Of a DNA stretch of 64,000 nt, positions 61,980 through 64,000 are shown piece by piece. This DNA comes from an uncultured candidatus Porisulfidus sp. (GTDB taxonomy: Bacteria; Pseudomonadota; Gammaproteobacteria; Poriferisulfidales; Poriferisulfidaceae): positions 1,792,001 through 1,856,000 of the forward strand of contig OZ220480.1 of NCBI GenBank assembly GCA_965116025.1, written 5' to 3'. A model generated the notes under the pieces. It was not told the DNA's origin and did not search any database. It saw nothing but the letters and a program-made list of their open reading frames with translations. Position 1 is the first letter of the stretch; each line of letters begins with the position of its first letter. The position numbers were made by a program, and so were the translations under genes.

Positions 61980-62876
61980 TCAATTCTCTTGGCGCCGCAT
62001 CCGCTCCAGCCGCGCTCGCGCCAACCGAGCCAGATCGCTACCCGCGTTTTGGTCGCGCACATCGACCAAAATGGCTTCCGCCCGCTCGAAGTCGCCCAAC
62101 TCGAACCATGCGTAGCCGGTTTTCAGGCGCGCCACCTCCCGGCGCGGGCTGGCATCGTCCGAGATCACCTCACCAAAAACGGCGATCGCGTCTTGGAACC
62201 GTCCCTCCACGTACAACGCCTCGGCCAGCCAGTAGCGAGCTTCTCCCGCATCCTCGTGGGCTGGATATTTGGTCAGGAACTCCCGGAACACCTGGATTGC
62301 ATCGTAGAAATTCAGATTCCGAAACGCCTCTCGGCCCCGTTCATACAATTTCGCCGAGGGGTCGGAAAGGCTTGGCGTGAACGAAGCGCCGCCCACTTCG
62401 GATCGAGGCGGATCGTTCGGGAACGCGCTGGCCCGTTCGTTCTCGGATTCGAGGGATTCCTCACCCACAAGCGCGGAAGCGTCCACCTCCATATCCGCGG
62501 ACGAGCCTTCTCCGTCCAAGAGGTCCTCGAGTTCCGCGCGCAACGCTTGTTGCTCCGCTTCCAGGCGGGCCAAAGAATCGAGCAAGCGCATGGCTTCCGA
62601 GTCGTTTTCCACCGAGGGCTCTCTTTCCGTCTCCGTGAAATCGCTTCCTTGAGTCAGCGCGGAATTTCGCTGTACCCGAAACGTCTCGATTTCTTGTCGC
62701 AACGCCCTCTGGTCCTCTTCCACGCGCTCCAGAGTCTGGAGAATTCGGCCCAACCAAGGCGGTTCGGGGTCTGGCCCCGGGGACGTCTCTTGGGCGAAGG
62801 ATCCAGAGCCGCAAACGAGACCGGCCGCCAGAGCGAGCGCGCGCCCTTTTCCGCTCCGGCGGACGAAACCGCTCAC
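61980..62876 (-). CDS. cpoB: Tol-Pal TPR protein CpoB/YbgF
   Basis: Signal peptide, coiled coils, TPR with YP...A.YWL.E; lies between pal and queE. Confidence 0.85.
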   Translation of the reverse strand: MSGFVRRSGKGRALALAAGLVCGSGSFAQETSPGPDPEPPWLGRILQTLERVEEDQRALRQEIETFRVQRNSALTQGSDFTETEREPSVENDSEAMRLLDSLARLEAEQQALRAELEDLLDGEGSSADMEVDASALVGEESLESENERASAFPNDPPRSEVGGASFTPSLSDPSAKLYERGREAFRNLNFYDAIQVFREFLTKYPAHEDAGEARYWLAEALYVEGRFQDAIAVFGEVISDDASPRREVARLKTGYAWFELGDFERAEAILVDVRDQNAGSDLARLARARLERMRRQEN

Positions 62877-63478
62877 TCTTCCAGGATGATCTCGACCCTG
62901 CGATTCTGGCTCCAGACATCCTCTCCCTGCCCCGTCATCGCGGGGAGCTCCTCGCCGTAGCTGACCCAGTCCACCTGCTCCTGCAAAACTCCCAATTCCA
63001 AGATCATATCCCGAACGCTCTGCGCCCGGCGCTCGCCCAAGGCTAGGTTGTAGGCCCTGGTGCCTCGCTCGTCCGTATGTCCTTCCAAGCGCGACCGGGC
63101 CGAGGAGTTGTTTCGCAACGTCGCCGCCACGCGTTGGATAATTTCCGCGAAACGCGGCTTCACGTCCGCGCTGTCATACTCGAAGTAGATCGTCATCTCC
63201 CGCGGCGCGACACCCGCGCCGTCCGCCACGCCCGCGCCATCCGCATCCGAGGATCCTTCCCGCGAGACGATTTCCAGATCGTCCTCAACGATGTTGCCGT
63301 CATCGTCCAGAGCCACACCCTGCACCACATCCGCCTCCGGCTCTTCCTCCGCCAGCAGGATTCTGGATTCCTCGACGGCGGTGGGAAGCTCCTCTTCTGG
63401 CGCGCTGCAGGAAGTGAGCGAAACACCCATCCCCAGTGAGGACAGGAGGAAAAAAGTATTGGAAAACAGTCGTTTCAT
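62873..63478 (-). CDS. pal: Peptidoglycan-associated lipoprotein
   Basis: Lipobox LTSC; IYFEYDS, EGHTDERGT..YNLALGERRA, NRRVE. Confidence 0.93.
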   Translation of the reverse strand: MKRLFSNTFFLLSSLGMGVSLTSCSAPEEELPTAVEESRILLAEEEPEADVVQGVALDDDGNIVEDDLEIVSREGSSDADGAGVADGAGVAPREMTIYFEYDSADVKPRFAEIIQRVAATLRNNSSARSRLEGHTDERGTRAYNLALGERRAQSVRDMILELGVLQEQVDWVSYGEELPAMTGQGEDVWSQNRRVEIILEE

Positions 63479-63489
63479 ATCCGGACCTT

Positions 63490-64000
63490 TCAGCGATTTC
63501 GGTAGGGCGACCACGCGGGCTCGCGGACGTTGGCGTGGACAAGCTTCAGGCGTTGCCGGATTTTACCATTATGGCTGGCCAGCATCAGGACTCGCTCCCC
63601 GCGCCGGGTGGTGCTGGCGTAGATCAAGCTGAATCCGTTTGGCGCGAACGACGGCGCCTCGTCCAAAGTCCCGGAAGACAGCGGGAACAGCCCATTGGTC
63701 TCCGGCTCGAAAAGCGCCACCCCATATCCCCCTCTCTCGGTCGACCGGACGAACGCCAAGTAGTGTCCATCGGAGGACGTCGTGGCGTCCGTGGCGTAAT
63801 TTCCCGGGATCGGCAATGGCTCGGCATCTGAATCGCGCAAGCCTTGACGATAGAGTTTCGGTCTTCCTCCTCGGTCGGACGTGAAGATCAACCCGTTCCC
63901 ATCGGCCTCCCAGGTCGGCTCCGTATCGATCCCCGAACTGTGCGTGAAGCGAGACAGGTGACCCGTGTCCAGAGAATAGATGAATATCTCCATATTCCCG
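63490..64000 (-). CDS. tolB: TolB beta-propeller, C-terminal part (5' end outside the window)
   Basis: IDTEPTW, FTSDRGG, DEAPSFAPNG, VREPAWSP; upstream of pal. Confidence 0.93.
   Translation of the reverse strand, partial: GNMEIFIYSLDTGHLSRFTHSSGIDTEPTWEADGNGLIFTSDRGGRPKLYRQGLRDSDAEPLPIPGNYATDATTSSDGHYLAFVRSTERGGYGVALFEPETNGLFPLSSGTLDEAPSFAPNGFSLIYASTTRRGERVLMLASHNGKIRQRLKLVHANVREPAWSPYRNR

Overview
GC-rich gammaproteobacterial chromosome segment. A host-associated lineage (e.g. marine invertebrate or sponge symbiont) is an inference from the FN3/Calx-beta autotransporter and apparent gene loss. Most of the window is housekeeping: rarA-lolA-ftsK/trxB, glyW-cysT-leuZ tRNAs, aceA-icd, degQ-mrdA-rodA-mltB-rlpA-dacA-dat-lipB-lipA, cfa, rne, yhdP-maf-rsfS-nadD-recJ, lnt-corC-ybeY-phoH-miaB, ssb-MFS and queC-queE-cpoB-pal-tolB. 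Highlights: (1) a 217-nt ORF-less group I intron splitting the tRNA-Leu(UAA) anticodon; (2) an orphan MotA/TolQ/ExbB-type channel whose partner joins a MotB-like TM helix, a ~160-aa coiled coil and an ExbD/TolR-like end, upstream of a GldAFG-like ABC system plus DUF4340, the best candidate for an uncharacterised envelope machine; (3) an autotransporter with a C21 tract that may be phase-variable; (4) a PHP-ATPase (Ppl/TrlF-like) defence gene missed by the ORF track and a fused Type IIG-like RM gene; (5) an intact IS30 with perfect 26-bp IRs; (6) three methanopterin/methylofuran cofactor genes; (7) unannotated small membrane ORFs and possible decayed rluC and uvrA relics. All calls come from reading motifs by eye; no searches were run.
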